A stretch of 64,000 bases of DNA from Eledone cirrhosa (GCA_964016885.1 OZ024753.1:39432001-39496000); one strand, 5' to 3'. Positions 46,391-60,007 are shown, numbered from the stretch's first letter. Notes: generated from the letters alone by a model not told the origin. Program-made: numbers and translations.

Positions 46391-46588
46391 AACAAAGAAA
46401 GTGTGGTAAGGAACCAGGTGGACCATAACGCACCAGAGTACTCGATACTTAGGGTAGTAGAGTGGGTAATAGGAAAAGAGTCAGGATCCCGACGGGTGAG
46501 CTCCAGCCGTTTCGACAGCTAAATCTGAGTTCGGATTTAGATATCGAAACGGCCGGAGCTCAGTCATCGGGGTCCTGACTCTTTTCCT
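46391..46588 (-). mobile_element. TA-embedded fold-back element, family A (diverged)
   Basis: Tail plus imperfect hairpin AGGAAAAGAGTCAGGATCCCGA...TCGGGGTCCTGACTCTTTTCCT. Confidence 0.85.
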
Positions 46589-46810
46589 ATATATATACAT
46601 ATGTGTGTGTGTGTGTGTGTGTGTGTATCTATAGATTCTTGGGCGGGCGTCGTGTTGAGCAAGACACTTCATTTTTCAAGCTTTGAGTCGGTTTCCTTGA
46701 AACACAAGAAACCTTCTAAGAGGTGCAACCACGTAGGAGCCCAGCTAAGCTTATATTGGGGTAAGGTGTAAATTTAATTCCAATTTCATTTCATATAAAA
46801 AGGCAACCAG

Positions 46811-46882
46811 TCCTTAGTAGTATATTGGTAAGTATCCTCGCCTGTCATGTGGGAGACCGGAGTTCAATTCCCCGCCGGAGAG
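46811..46882 (+). tRNA. trnD: tRNA-Asp(GTC), degenerate, probable pseudogene
   Basis: 72 nt TCCTTAGTAGTATATTGGTAAGTATCCTCGCCTGTCATGTGGGAGACCGGAGTTCAATTCCCCGCCGGAGAG is colinear with the metazoan tRNA-Asp consensus. Anticodon GTC; a T5 run follows. Two acceptor-stem mismatches, one T-stem mismatch, and altered A and B boxes. Confidence 0.85.
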
Positions 46883-47056
46883 GTTCATATTTTTCAAGGG
46901 TGTTGCCCGAGCATGGCCTCAGCCGGATGGCTGGAACAGGTGAAAGAATAAAGAAAATATGAAAGTAGCTTATCTGTAATCTCTGAAAAACAACAACATT
47001 TCTATTGTTTCAAATAACGAATACTGCCATAAATGGAGCATATGTTAATATTTTTA

Positions 47057-48307
47057 TTACAATTTAGTCGTTTGTTTGCTTATATTTCGATGACTTACAG
47101 TGGAAGTCACTTGTACTGTCACTTCTTGTGAACGGCACTTTATCACCCTTCTTCTTCTCCAGAACTCTGCATCATGTTTAATGCTGTTATATGGCATGGG
47201 TTCATTCAAACTATATGATGATATATGATTTAAATGTCTGGAATAATACCTATTTATATTGAAAATTCTATATGATTGTTTATTCATATATGATTCCTGT
47301 CTGTTTGACTCTATTCTGTCCTCAGTCCCACGCCGAACATACACAACATTTATATCCTTAGTATAGCATGGTAACTCTTCTATATCATATTTCATAGCAG
47401 TCTTATTGAAAAAACCAATGTTTTCTTTCGCAAGAGATTCTTTAATAATGTTTACTGTATTCATTACATCCTTTTGATTGTTGGAATCACCAGAAGATTT
47501 CTTAAATCTTCTTGGAAAAAACAAAGATAAAACCAGAACAACTGGACGCATGTATCCTTGCCATTCGATTTGGGATAGGTTTTTTCTTCTGAAGAGATCT
47601 ATAAAACTTGCTCTTTCTTTTTCTTCTCCAAGTATATGCATGATAATCATATCTAATACCTTTGGTATATCCGATGGATCAACGATTTCTTTAATGAGTT
47701 TTTGAAGCACATCATACGCTAATAAACTTTGTTCATAGGTCATTAGCTGGCAACATTCTCGTAATTTTCTTCGTTGAAATCTGTTCAACCCTGGAATCTT
47801 AGTATGAAATAACCACGAATAATCAGCTTTAGATCTACATTTAGGTATTTGATTATTTTTACTGGCGTATATTTTAGAATTGTTCTGATTAGTACAACCT
47901 AGCTCAAGCTGGTTAATCTGTTGTTGGTCGAATTCCACCATTGAACTTGAAGGAAATTCATAAACGGCAATGTTATCATTGTGTATGTTACTATCAGTTC
48001 GCTTCTTAATAAAGTTTGGAACATTTCGCCTTTCTCTGATATCAGTGCTTTGAGAACCGGCATAGTCATTAAAACTCACAATATCACACAAGGGGTAACT
48101 GCAGCTGCTAGTACTCGGTTCGCAGTTTTGGTTATTATCAATTTCACGCTCATTGTTTGCAGTTTGAATGTTCATATTAGATAATTCACTCATTTTCTCG
48201 GAGATATACAATATAAAAGTGTTCGCAGCATTATAATCATTGTCAAAGGACCTTTTTTGAGGTTTTATATTCCGTTTGGAAAGAAGCTTCTTCAACGATT
48301 TAAACAT
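47057..48307 (-). CDS. 416-aa protein with an RD3 (retinal degeneration 3)-like helical domain; single coding exon
   Basis: Only long, non-repetitive ORF in the window. ATG is in CAAAATG context with an in-frame TGA just upstream. Residues ~121-230 (MVEFDQQQINQLE...KCRSKADYSWL...LNRFQRRKLRECCQLM...PSDIPKVLDMIIMHIL) follow the RD3-family pattern (LMMEL..Q....E...DYSWL...L...ER..LE..C..I...P....LFR.VL) by visual comparison. AATAAA overlaps the stop codon (47053-47058). Family assignment, not orthology. Confidence 0.8.
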   Translation of the reverse strand: MFKSLKKLLSKRNIKPQKRSFDNDYNAANTFILYISEKMSELSNMNIQTANNEREIDNNQNCEPSTSSCSYPLCDIVSFNDYAGSQSTDIRERRNVPNFIKKRTDSNIHNDNIAVYEFPSSSMVEFDQQQINQLELGCTNQNNSKIYASKNNQIPKCRSKADYSWLFHTKIPGLNRFQRRKLRECCQLMTYEQSLLAYDVLQKLIKEIVDPSDIPKVLDMIIMHILGEEKERASFIDLFRRKNLSQIEWQGYMRPVVLVLSLFFPRRFKKSSGDSNNQKDVMNTVNIIKESLAKENIGFFNKTAMKYDIEELPCYTKDINVVYVRRGTEDRIESNRQESYMNKQSYRIFNINRYYSRHLNHISSYSLNEPMPYNSIKHDAEFWRRRRVIKCRSQEVTVQVTSTVSHRNISKQTTKL

Positions 48308-48335
48308 TTTGCATTCATTTCACTTCAAACTTATC

Positions 48336-48360
48336 CTAAACACAACAAAACAGAAAATTA
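48336..48360 (-). promoter_or_regulatory. Probable 3' splice acceptor in the 5' UTR of the RD3-like gene
   Basis: Minus strand reads ttttctgttttgttgtgtttAG|GATAAG, 28 nt upstream of the ATG, implying an upstream non-coding exon. Confidence 0.5.
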
Positions 48361-48489
48361 CAAAAATCCGTTACCAGTGAAACCATCTCAATATATCAAT
48401 AAAACACCATACAATGTGATCAGATAAAATTAGAAACGTAGAATTAAGAACTTTGTTTCCAGTGACGAATAAATTGTGGGAGATGACTT

Positions 48490-48665
48490 GAGCCTCATAA
48501 TATTTAAAAGGCTCCAAATAAATGTGTACTACCCGATGAAAATTTCAGTAAGGCTCCTCAAAATATATAAAAGACTCCAAATAAATTTTTACTACCCATG
48601 AAAATTTCAGTGAGACCCCTCACAATATTTTAAGCACCCTAAATTAATTTTTTTGCTCCCATAAT
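48490..48665. repeat. Three diverged ~60-bp tandem units upstream of the RD3-like exon
   Basis: CCTCA.AATAT.TAAAAG.CTCCAAATAAAT...TACTACCC.ATGAAAATTTCAGT repeated. Confidence 0.75.
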
Positions 48666-49294
48666 ACACAAGGTCCTCGATGAAATGTTCTACCAGGAGA
48701 TCTATATCTATGTAAGCTCAATCAATATTTTTGTTTCGTTTATTAATTTTCCGACTTTGAATTTATCTCTCCAGGGAATATAAAATAGCTTGGTTTTATA
48801 TATCTTCGCTGTGTGTTCTAGCCTCGTCAAAGTAATGCTTGTTCATCATATTACTGGGATTGGTTAAATAAATGTCACTAAAATTCTGATATCAAAACAA
48901 CCAAGTATACCTCAACGCAATGAATTTATGAAAAGGAATCAATATGAAGAGTGTAGACCTGTCAACTCTCCCCGTCGGATGGGGAGATCTCCAACCCACT
49001 GTGGGGTGGGTGTGAGATGTCTTCTTTTGTGAAAATGGGTATAGCTTTCATTATGTAAAATCTCCTCATTTTGCCTGATTTCTCTCTGTTTTGGGGCCCC
49101 ATTTTCCATGGTACTCTTCGTTTGAGTTTTTAGAAGTTAGCAGGTCTGAGAGTGAAATATTAATTTTATGCAAAAGTTATTCCTCGGCTATTTATTCTCT
49201 AATGAGTTTTAATTTTCTACTATATCCAGGTACATTACATTACATTTACATACTGATTTTATTTTCACTATTTGAAAAATATGATAACGTCTAC

Positions 49295-49335
49295 GTTTTA
49301 CTGATGAGGGCCGAATAAGCTCGAACCATGTCCAA
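49295..49335 (+). ncRNA. Decayed hammerhead motif
   Basis: CTGATGA-GGGC-CGAATAA-GCTC-GAAC-CATG-TC: one core substitution (GAAA to GAAC) and a weak stem I. Confidence 0.45.
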
Positions 49336-50833
49336 CTTTGGCTCTCGTACTTCGTAAATCATTAAAATAATACAAATTATTTTTCTTCACTGCATAATTA
49401 CTTCTAGCTGTTTTCGTGTCTTTGCCCTCTCCATTGAATATATTAACACTATATCTTAACATGGTAGTTAACTATAATGCTTGTGAACCGAAATAAATCT
49501 ATCCATGGGCAAGACACACTATCTGGTCGTACTTTATGAATATACTTAATGGTTATTGTACTTATTATATGGCGATATTTATCGATTCACCGAGCCGATG
49601 TATAATTCTAATCCTTTTATCATTGATTCTATTTTTAAATTTCAATATGTCTTTTATTTATTGTTCATTTGTTTTCATTCTTCATTAGAAACCTATTCGA
49701 AAAATATATTAGAATGTAACTCAATATATTCAGAATAATAAATGTTATTTCTAAAAGAAATATCTATTTCCTTACAGACTTTATTCGTACCATATAAAAA
49801 AATATTGACATAATACTTTTATCAACACGAAAAATAAATAACTTAAATTTTTTTTCTTGGTTAAAACTAAAGAATTTTGTTTTATAAAAAAATAAAATCG
49901 CATCATCAGTCATTATTATCGGAAGTTTAAATGAACAAAGCAGCTATCACTTCGCTTTTATTTATCAAAATGTTTACTCTAGTTGTTTCTCCCACTAGCT
50001 AGTCTATTTGAAATGGAGTTACGCTTCGGTCCCTCAAGTCCAAGTTACATTATGCAAATTTAACTCATTAATCATCAAATTTTGTTAAAATTCCATCAGG
50101 GAATATGGCTAATGTGTTTAGAGAATTCGGGCACGCAAAAATTTACGATGCATACTAATTATAAAAGCAAAGTTAATAATTTATTACTAATGCTACAACC
50201 GTTGATAATGGTAAATTATCGGTAAGCTTCCAGTAGTGTTTGCTATATATGTTGATTTTACTTTATTTTGTTTTAGTATCTTTTATTTTTTATATTATTC
50301 TTTTACTTATTTATTTAGAGGTGTAGTGATCTTTTCTGAAGCCAAAAAAACAACAAAAAAAGCCCTAAAATACAACAAAAAACAACAACCCCCTCTCAAA
50401 CAACAACATTAAGAAACAAAGTAGCAGCAATTATTGAAAAGAGGTGGGGCCACCAAGCTTGTGATGACAGTGATAAACTTGTAAAGTATTTCCTGATGCT
50501 AATATTTGTACTGCTACTCTGTAAATGTGTGGTTATTGATATTTTGTAAGGAAAAAGAAAGCGCAAAACGAAATACACGTGTATATATATATATATATAT
50601 ATTGGGTGGGAGAGTGAGAGATAAGTGTGTATAATATATATATTTATATATATTATATAATATATCTGTTTTATATATATATATATATATATATATCATG
50701 CATATCATATGCTATAAAAATATTATAATATATACAAACATATATGTATATTTATATATATATATATCATCTATTTTATATATGTATTAGATAATATTCT
50801 TTTACTCTTTTGAGTCATTAGACTATGTATCTC

Positions 50834-50885
<52 letters not shown>

Positions 50886-50920
50886 GTCATCAAGTATGAA
50901 ATTTGTAGATATTTATATAT

Positions 50921-51028
50921 AAGGATGAAAGGCAAAGCTAGCCGCGGCCGGATTAGAACTCAGAACGCAAAGGGCCATAACTCTATGCAGCATGGTGTCT
51001 GACGTTCTACCGATACTGCCAATCCACC
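50921..51028 (-). mobile_element. SINE family 1, 5' half
   Basis: AAGGATGAAAGGCAAAG...CCGATACTGCCAATCCACC. Further decayed copies lie at ~1370-1542, 25664-25791, 56770-56920 and 60950-61150. Confidence 0.8.
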
Positions 51029-51896
51029 ACACTAGTTATAATGTCTTAATCGCTAGAAATATGATGAGATACAAGAAAAGAAAGATGTATAGGTTTATAT
51101 CATGCAATATAGTTTTAAAAATTCTAAATCGTTATATAAAAAGTTATAGCGAGTTAAATCATCTCAATTTAGCCACAAAAATAAATATATTTTTAAACTC
51201 TCCTTATCCAAGAAAGAAATCTAACCGTCTTTACTAAACCTGGTTTATTCTGGATACGGGAACATATCTTTCTGATTAAAATATATATATATAGAGAGAG
51301 AGATGCGTGTGTCTCTGTGTGTGTACATGCATGCATGGGTCTAAGTGTGTGAGAGTATTTGCGTTCTTTTTTTGTATTTGGGCGTGTGTGTACGTAATTA
51401 TTTTGTGTGTATATGTATGTCAAAATATGTGTGTATAAGTATGTGAATATATATGTAATTGTGACTGTGTGTGGGTATTTGCGTTTCTGTGTGTGTGTGT
51501 GTGTTTGTATGTGTGTGTGAGTGCATGAGTGTTTGTCATTTTGTGTATGTGTCGATGTAATCTTTCTGGACATTGTGTGTGTATGAAATTTCATGTGTGT
51601 GTCATTGTGTATGTATATCTGTGGGTAATTTTGTAGTACGTGCAATTGTGTGTGTGTTTATGTGTATGTGTGAAATATAGTTTGTTTGTGTATCTGTATG
51701 AACGTATGTATGTGTGTGTATGTGTGTATGTGTGTTTCATTGCTCTGCTCTCCATTTTATTTTACTTCTGTATACGACCTTCATGGTGCCAACGATGTAA
51801 AATTAGTTACTCAAAGAGGGCAATCGCTAAAACTCCCGTAAATTCTTGAGCCTACGAGAAAAAACATTGTAAAAATAATTACTTTCTACCGTACTT

Positions 51897-53850
51897 TATA
51901 TATACCTAAACAGATATATATGCATGCAAAATACACACGCACACAAGCATGCATATTATATACCTAAACAGATATATATGCATGCAAAATACACACACAC
52001 ACAAGCATGCATATTATATACCTAAAGAGATATATATGCATGCAAAATACACACACACGCAAGCATGCATATTATATACCTAAACAAATATATATGCATG
52101 CAAAATACACACACACACAAGCATGCATATTATATACCTAAACAGATATATATGCATGCAAAATACACACACACACACAAGCATGCATAGTATATACCTA
52201 AACAGATATATATGCATGCAAAATACACACACACACAAGCATGCATATTATATACCTAAACAGATATATATGCATGCAAAATACACACACACACAAGCAT
52301 GCATAGTATATACCTAAACAGATATATATGCATGCAAAATACACACACACACAAGCATGCATATTATATACCTAAACAGATATATATGCATGCAAAATAC
52401 ACACACACACAAGCATGCATATTATATACCTAAACAGATATATATGCATGCAAAATACACACACACACAAGCATGCATATTATATACCTAAACAGATATA
52501 TATGCATGCAAAATACACACACACACAAGCATGCATATTATATACCTAAACAGATATATATGCATGCAAAATACACACACACACAAGCATGCATATTATA
52601 TACCTAAACAGATATATATGCATGCAAAATACACACACACACAAGCATGCATATTATATACCTAAACAGATATATATGCATGCAAAATACACACACACAC
52701 AAGCATGCATATTATATACCTAAACAGATATATATACATGCAAAATACACACACAAGCATGCATATTATATACATAAAGAGATATATATACATGCAAAAT
52801 ACACACACACACAAGCATGCATATTATATACCTAAACAGATATATATACATGCAAAATACACACACAAGCATGCATATTATATACCTAAACAGATATATA
52901 TGCATGCAAAATACACATACACACAAGCATGCATATTATATACCTAAACAGATATATATACATGCAAAATACACACACAAGCATGCATATTATATACCTA
53001 AACAGATATATATGCATGCAAAATACACACACACACAAGCATGCATATTATATACCTAAACAGATATATATACATACAAAATACACACACAAGCATGCAT
53101 ATTATATACCTAAACAGATATATATACATGCAAAATACACATACACACAAGCATGCATATTATATACCTAAACAGATATATATGCATGCAAAATACACAC
53201 ACACACAAGCATGCATATTATATACCTAAACAGATATATATGCATGCAAAATACACACACCCACAAGCATGCATATTATATACCTAAACAGATATATATG
53301 CATGCAAAATACACACACACACAAGCATGCATATTATATATCTAAACAGATATATATGCATGCAAAATACACACACACACAAGCATGCATATTATATACC
53401 TAAACAGATATATATGCATGCAAAATACACACACACACAAGCATGCATATTATATACCTAAACAGATATATATGCATGCAAAATACACACACACACAAGC
53501 ATGCATATTATATACCTAAACAGATATATATGCATGCAAAATACACACACACACAAGCATGCATATTATATACCTAAACAGATATATATGCATGCAAAAT
53601 ACACACACACACAAGCATGCATATTATATACCTAAACAGATATATATGCATGCAAAATACACACACAAGCATGCATATTATATACCTAAACAGATATATA
53701 TACATGCAAAATACACACACACACAAGCATGCATATTATATACCTAAACAGATATATATGCATGCAAAATACACACACACACAAGCATGCATATTATATA
53801 CCTAAACAGATATATATGCATGCAAAATACACACACACACAAGCATGCAT
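51897..53850. repeat. 58-bp minisatellite, about 34 units
   Basis: Unit ATATTATATACCTAAACAGATATATATGCATGCAAAATACACACACACACAAGCATGC; near-identical copies with 54- and 60-bp variants. Confidence 0.95.
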
Positions 53851-53992
53851 ATCTATGTAGTATATATGTATATTTATAGGTATATAGGTGGTAAGAAAAT
53901 CTCAGGAGAGCTTGAAAGCAGACGGTCTGTCTTTAGAGAAGAAACCCCCCTCAAGCGAGTGTTTCGGCTATTAACTTCTATTATATATATAC

Positions 53993-54122
<130 letters not shown>

Positions 54123-54204
54123 AAAAGGTAAACAGAAATAACACAATCGGTACAGTATATAGAAGGAATATATTAGGTTAACGCCTGATATAGCAGGAAG
54201 AGGA

Positions 54205-54240
54205 TCTTAACGTTTCGGACGCTAGTCCTTCATCAGAAGA
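54205..54240 (-). ncRNA. Minimal type I hammerhead ribozyme (PLE type) within element ~54118-54345
   Basis: Minus strand reads TCTT-CTGATGA-A-GGAC-TAGC-GTCC-GAAACG-TT-AAGA: stem I TCTT/AAGA, stem II GGAC/GTCC, palindromic AACGTT stem III typical of dimer-acting minimal HHRs. Confidence 0.8.
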
Positions 54241-54341
54241 AAGAATGAGAAATAAAATAGATTGAAGGGGCGGGCGGGGTAGGATTGGAAAAAATGTCTT
54301 TAGATAAAAATAACAGGTCCATTCATCTTGAAATCTGATGG

Positions 54342-54388
<47 letters not shown>

Positions 54389-54405
54389 CATACATACACA
54401 CACAC

Positions 54406-54461
<56 letters not shown>

Positions 54462-54568
54462 CACACACATATATATATATATATATTATATGTGAAAATG
54501 TGTATGTGTTATGTATATTTGTATATATATATTAGTTTTTCTTAAATATATATATATATATATATATA

Positions 54569-54784
<216 letters not shown>

Positions 54785-54929
54785 ATAGACATTGTTCTTA
54801 TCTGTATCGTTGAAAAGAGAGTACAGTAAAATGAAGAAACGCTTAAATACCGGACCTGCCGCTACCCGTTGTCTCTTTGAAAGGTGAATGGAACAATTAA
54901 AAGACAAATTTGAAAATAGAGTGAAGTGA

Positions 54930-55110
54930 TTTGATTCGCAGGTTCAACTGGCCTCAGCAGACAATAGATGGAATGAACCTCAATCAAGGGTTACGAACTC
55001 CCTTGACTTCGAAACGATAGGTTAGCTTTCGGCCTGTGATGAGAAGTAAAGAGAGGAGTGACAAGGCTAGCCACCGTGGGGAAAAGAGATCTCCTGTAAC
55101 CTATTGTTTT
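54930..55110 (-). mobile_element. Possible decayed CR1/L2-group LINE 3' fragment
   Basis: Minus-strand peptides VASLVTPL and LRFIP resemble the LA.L.PP...SF.P C-terminal pattern; weak match. Confidence 0.35.
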
Positions 55111-55191
55111 TTGGGGAGAGGTAAAACGAACTAAAGAACACACACATACTCACACACACACATATATATATATGTACACACACACACACAC

Positions 55192-55296
<105 letters not shown>

Positions 55297-55316
55297 TATT
55301 CGTATATATATATATA

Positions 55317-55400
<84 letters not shown>

Positions 55401-55407
55401 TACATAT

Positions 55408-55508
55408 AACGAAGGAAATGTGGTAAGGAACCAGGTGGACCATAACGCACCAAAGTACTCAATACTTAGGGTAGTAGAGTGGGTAATAGTGGGGTCTTAC
55501 TTGTTCCT
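55408..55508 (-). mobile_element. Family A element with the hairpin collapsed by deletion
   Basis: Complete tail followed directly by GGGGTCTTACTTGTTCCT; (TA)n flanks. Confidence 0.8.
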
Positions 55509-55511
55509 ATG

Positions 55512-55544
<33 letters not shown>

Positions 55545-57613
55545 GTATATTTATATATATATATATGTGTGTGTACATATAAATTACATGGATACATATA
55601 TGCATGCATACATATATACATACATATATATACATACATACATACATTGGTTGGTACATACTATATACCCTTACGTCTGATTCTCAGTAATGCGCATAAT
55701 AAGCCACTATGACAGCAAATGCCGGGTCAATTTTTACTAAGTTTTTTTTTGTTGCTAAGCTTATCAATAGGAGAGAAAAAATACAACGGACGACATGTCA
55801 CTGCCTTATCTAAAGCAGACATATAATATCATATATAGAATATTTCCTATGAGGGAGATAGATTAAATAAGGAAGATTTTATCTCACTGATATATTGACT
55901 GCTTAGTTAATCGATATTTTAAATTTACCAGACGGTTGCTTAGTTGTGGACACCCTGACTATCTTTTAGTATCTCACGACATTTATTATATATTCAGAAT
56001 TTATTGGCCTGAAATATCACCAGCTGGTTTCTTTTTAAAAATTAACGGACAAAACTTCATAATTTTCGTTTGACAAGACTCTATCTGTGTTGCACGATAT
56101 TTGTATATCATACCCCACTTCGATTTTACTCAAAATAACAAAAAAAGCTCTGCTATTTAGAACTGAATAAAGTTAATATATTACAACATAGTATGGGGAC
56201 GGACTTTTGTATAAGTAACATCAAATACAAGTTTGCCCCCTTATCAATAATCTGTATGACGTTAGATATATATTACATAATAAATGTACTACCTAAGATG
56301 CTGTCTGAAGAAATCTTGTTGGTGATTACACGATGGTAGCATTGCGTAAGTATTAACAACGCAGAAATACGTATTACAGTTAATTTTGTAATGAAAGGAA
56401 TTATGAACATCTATCCTCCTTATTTTTATCATTACTATATAGCATAGTATTGTACATACAATCCATTCTGTAGCTCAATGCGTCGCTTCAATTTCCTAAA
56501 TAAATAAAGAAAGAAATAAAACGCCCACATCACAAAATTGTCTGATAAAGAATGACACACCTAATTTTAAGATTACATTGAGTTTTCGGTTTTTTCAATT
56601 GTGCACCAGCCTTATGATGAGTCAGATCTCATGCGGCCCACTGCTCTAAAAAGGTTGTCTATAGCTCATGATATATATCGTATCTTAGGCATTTTAAACC
56701 TGGTGGAGCCCGTCCATATCCAGGTGTAAATACTGTCGATTTCTTTCAGAGAAAGAAAGAGGGGAAATGAGAAAGAGAGGTATAGGAAAAATCGACCCAA
56801 GGACGAAACTGGTACATTATTTATTCACCTCGAAAGGTGGGTTTATACTCAGAATGCAGAAAGCCACAACAAATACTAAAACATGTTTAATCCGTTGCCC
56901 CAACTAATCTGAGAATTCGTTAACTTATTATACATAAACATACCTTATGGTTCTATATCTTCTTCTTTATTTCCCCCGCCCCTCTCTCTCTCTATGGAGA
57001 ATTTAACGACGATTTTCGTTTCTGTAGAGCAACATATTAATGGAGGTTAGGTTCCTAACCTTTTACGCCACCCGCCGTCCCTTTTCAACATAGGCCGCCG
57101 AAAACGAACCTAGCATTTCGAAGTTAAGAGGTGATCCGTAAACCTGGCTGAATAGGGATAAATTTCTGGTACTGTCAGTTGAGATGGGGACTCAAATCAC
57201 TTCACTTTTGTTTCTATTAATCACAATATATCTATAACGATGAATGGAGACCACTCACAAACTAGTAAAATACAGTTCCTATATTTCTTACCTCACTATA
57301 ATTACATATAGCTCTTTTTGATGGAAAATTCGTTACGAATAAAAAACGTTAAACCTTATTTCACTGGTTGATTCATTTGTGACGTCATAAATGAAGAAAG
57401 TTAATTGGTTTATTTACAGACATTTTACATTAATTAAACATGTCTTGGTTCTAGCTTTGTGCTGCTTCTCATATATTGAACTATGTATATCATTTATGCT
57501 GAAATTTTATCTAAGTATATCTTAGAAATAAATTAGTTAAATACCATTGGTATACTTAATTATTTTCACTTATCAGCAATCAACATAAAACATACGGTGT
57601 CTTTTATGTAAAC

Positions 57614-57765
57614 CAGTCATGGGCAAACGGCGGTCCGCGAGCAGCATGCGGCCCGTTTGGCACGCCTAATTTCAAAATTGCTTTGAGTTTGTTAGTATTG
57701 TGACCCGCCTTATAATGTGCCTCATCCTATGCGGCCCATTACTCGAAAAAGGTTTCCCATGCCTT
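57614..57765. mobile_element. Non-autonomous hAT (Charlie-like) MITE
   Basis: TIRs CAGTCATGGGCAAAC / GTTTCCCATGCCTT, internal GCGGCCC repeats, 8-bp TSD ATGTAAAC / GTGTAAAC. Confidence 0.8.
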
Positions 57766-57801
57766 GTGTAAACCATTAAACTCCCAGTGTATATGATTGT
57801 G

Positions 57802-57857
<56 letters not shown>

Positions 57858-57907
57858 AGATATTTGCACAATCATATACACTGGGAGTTTAATGGTTTAC
57901 ATATTAC

Positions 57908-57953
<46 letters not shown>

Positions 57954-57955
<2 letters not shown>

Positions 57956-58122
57956 GTATTTGCCGGCGTCGAAGACGCTACTTTTTTCCTAAAATAAGTC
58001 TCAAAAATCTACCATGCTTCCTGGAGGCCGAAATTTGTTTTTGTTTTTTTTTTCAAATTTTTGGTTGTCAAGATTAGGGTACGTCCTCGAGGACGAAGCG
58101 TCTTCGGCGCCGGGAAATACAG
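57954..58122. mobile_element. Tc1/mariner (pogo-like) MITE
   Basis: TA|CCGTATTTGCCGGCGTCGAAGACGC...GCGTCTTCGGCGCCGGGAAATACAG|TA: ~25-bp TIRs and TA TSD. Confidence 0.8.
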
Positions 58123-58620
58123 TACTTTTTCCTTTACGAATTTAAGAGAAAGGTTGTTGGTGGAGAATAAAGTGCTCAACAAGGAAAGAATCAGATCACT
58201 AGAACTGAGAAAATTATGTTTATATTGCCCTTCCCATAACTGATATAAACTGAGGGACATAACCCCTGTCAGGAGAGGGCAAGGAGGCAATGTAACTCAC
58301 AGCACAGGCTGGATCAGAAACCCTGAAATTGTTGTGTTCCAATATTTAAAAATTCCTCCAATCCGCCACGATTGGAGTGGCGCTATATTGATCGACCCCC
58401 CAAAAAGATTAATGGGTAAATTGAGCTTAAAACGAGACATAAATTAATATAAATATATATTAAAAGCTGAAACTTATTTAATGTCACTCGGAGGTTGAAA
58501 CACTTAGAAACGATAGTGAAGTTTCAGTTTTTATTGAATGTATTTATTTATTAACTTATATGGGTATGTGTGTGACTCGGTATGTATATATGTATGTATG
58601 TATGTATGTATGTTTGTATG

Positions 58621-58654
<34 letters not shown>

Positions 58655-58882
58655 TGTATGTATGTATGTATGTATGTATGTATGTATGTATGTATGTTTG
58701 TTTGTATGTATGTATGTATGTGTATATATATATATGTGTGTGTGTGTGTATGTGTGTATATGTATATATATATATATAGGTATGTATTTATATATATATA
58801 TATATATGTATATATATGTATGTATATATATATATATATATATAATATATATATATGTATGTATGTATATATATATATATTA

Positions 58883-58923
<41 letters not shown>

Positions 58924-58973
58924 ATATATATATGTGTGTGTGTGTGTACCTGTATGTACGTATACGTATATGA

Positions 58974-59006
<33 letters not shown>

Positions 59007-59237
59007 ATCGTGTGCCTACATTCCGTGTGGGAAAATACGCTGATGCATAACATTTTCCCTTCGTATTAGAAAAGAGAGACAATGTGAGAGAGTGAGTGAG
59101 AGAAAGAGGGAGAGAGGTGTGGAGAGAGAGAGAGAGAGTTCAGGAAAAGATAGAGAGTGAAAGGGGGAGGTAAATAGCAAGAAAGACAGAGACATACACA
59201 GTGAGAGAGAAAGTGGGAGATAGAGATAGAGAGAGAG

Positions 59238-59300
<63 letters not shown>

Positions 59301-59786
59301 CTAGTGTTCAGTTCACACACCATTACAAACAAGCCAGTATCTCACCCCTGAGTGATGATGACAACCTAAGCGACGATCAAACTGCTTGCAAGCAAAAGAT
59401 AAATTAATTTCTTAAGTCGTTTTTATGGCAGATTTATGCAAATCATAGTACGATAAAGGAAAGCAAAAAAACTATAAAGAAGAAAAAACAAAAAAAAATC
59501 ACACATACACACACATATATATATATAATATATATATATATATACACACACATAGAGAAAAAAAGACACGAGTAAAACATAAGAACAAGCAGACGATCAA
59601 CGTTATGTCTTCTACACTCTATCTCACTCATCGCCATTTTTTAATCTTTATTAGTTGTCTTATGTTGTAGATTTTGTTTCATTATTACTCTTCTTTATTC
59701 GGCTTGTTTTACAACGATGTTCTTGTTTTAAATGTTGCTGTTGCTGTTGTTGATCACTCTGAGGTAGTTAGTTATATAAATATATT

Positions 59787-59818
<32 letters not shown>

Positions 59819-59904
59819 TGTTTATAGATAGATTTAGCCTTCCATCTACCCATATATCTAACTATTTTCTTTTTATTTATCTATCTATCTATCAATCCGA
59901 CTAT

Positions 59905-59962
<58 letters not shown>

Positions 59963-59963
59963 G

Positions 59964-59995
<32 letters not shown>

Positions 59996-60007
59996 TAAAT
60001 ATAAATG

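Noticed and set aside
51897-53850. Regular array as a possible CRISPR locus
   Set aside because: Units are contiguous with no unique spacers, no cas genes, and the context is eukaryotic.
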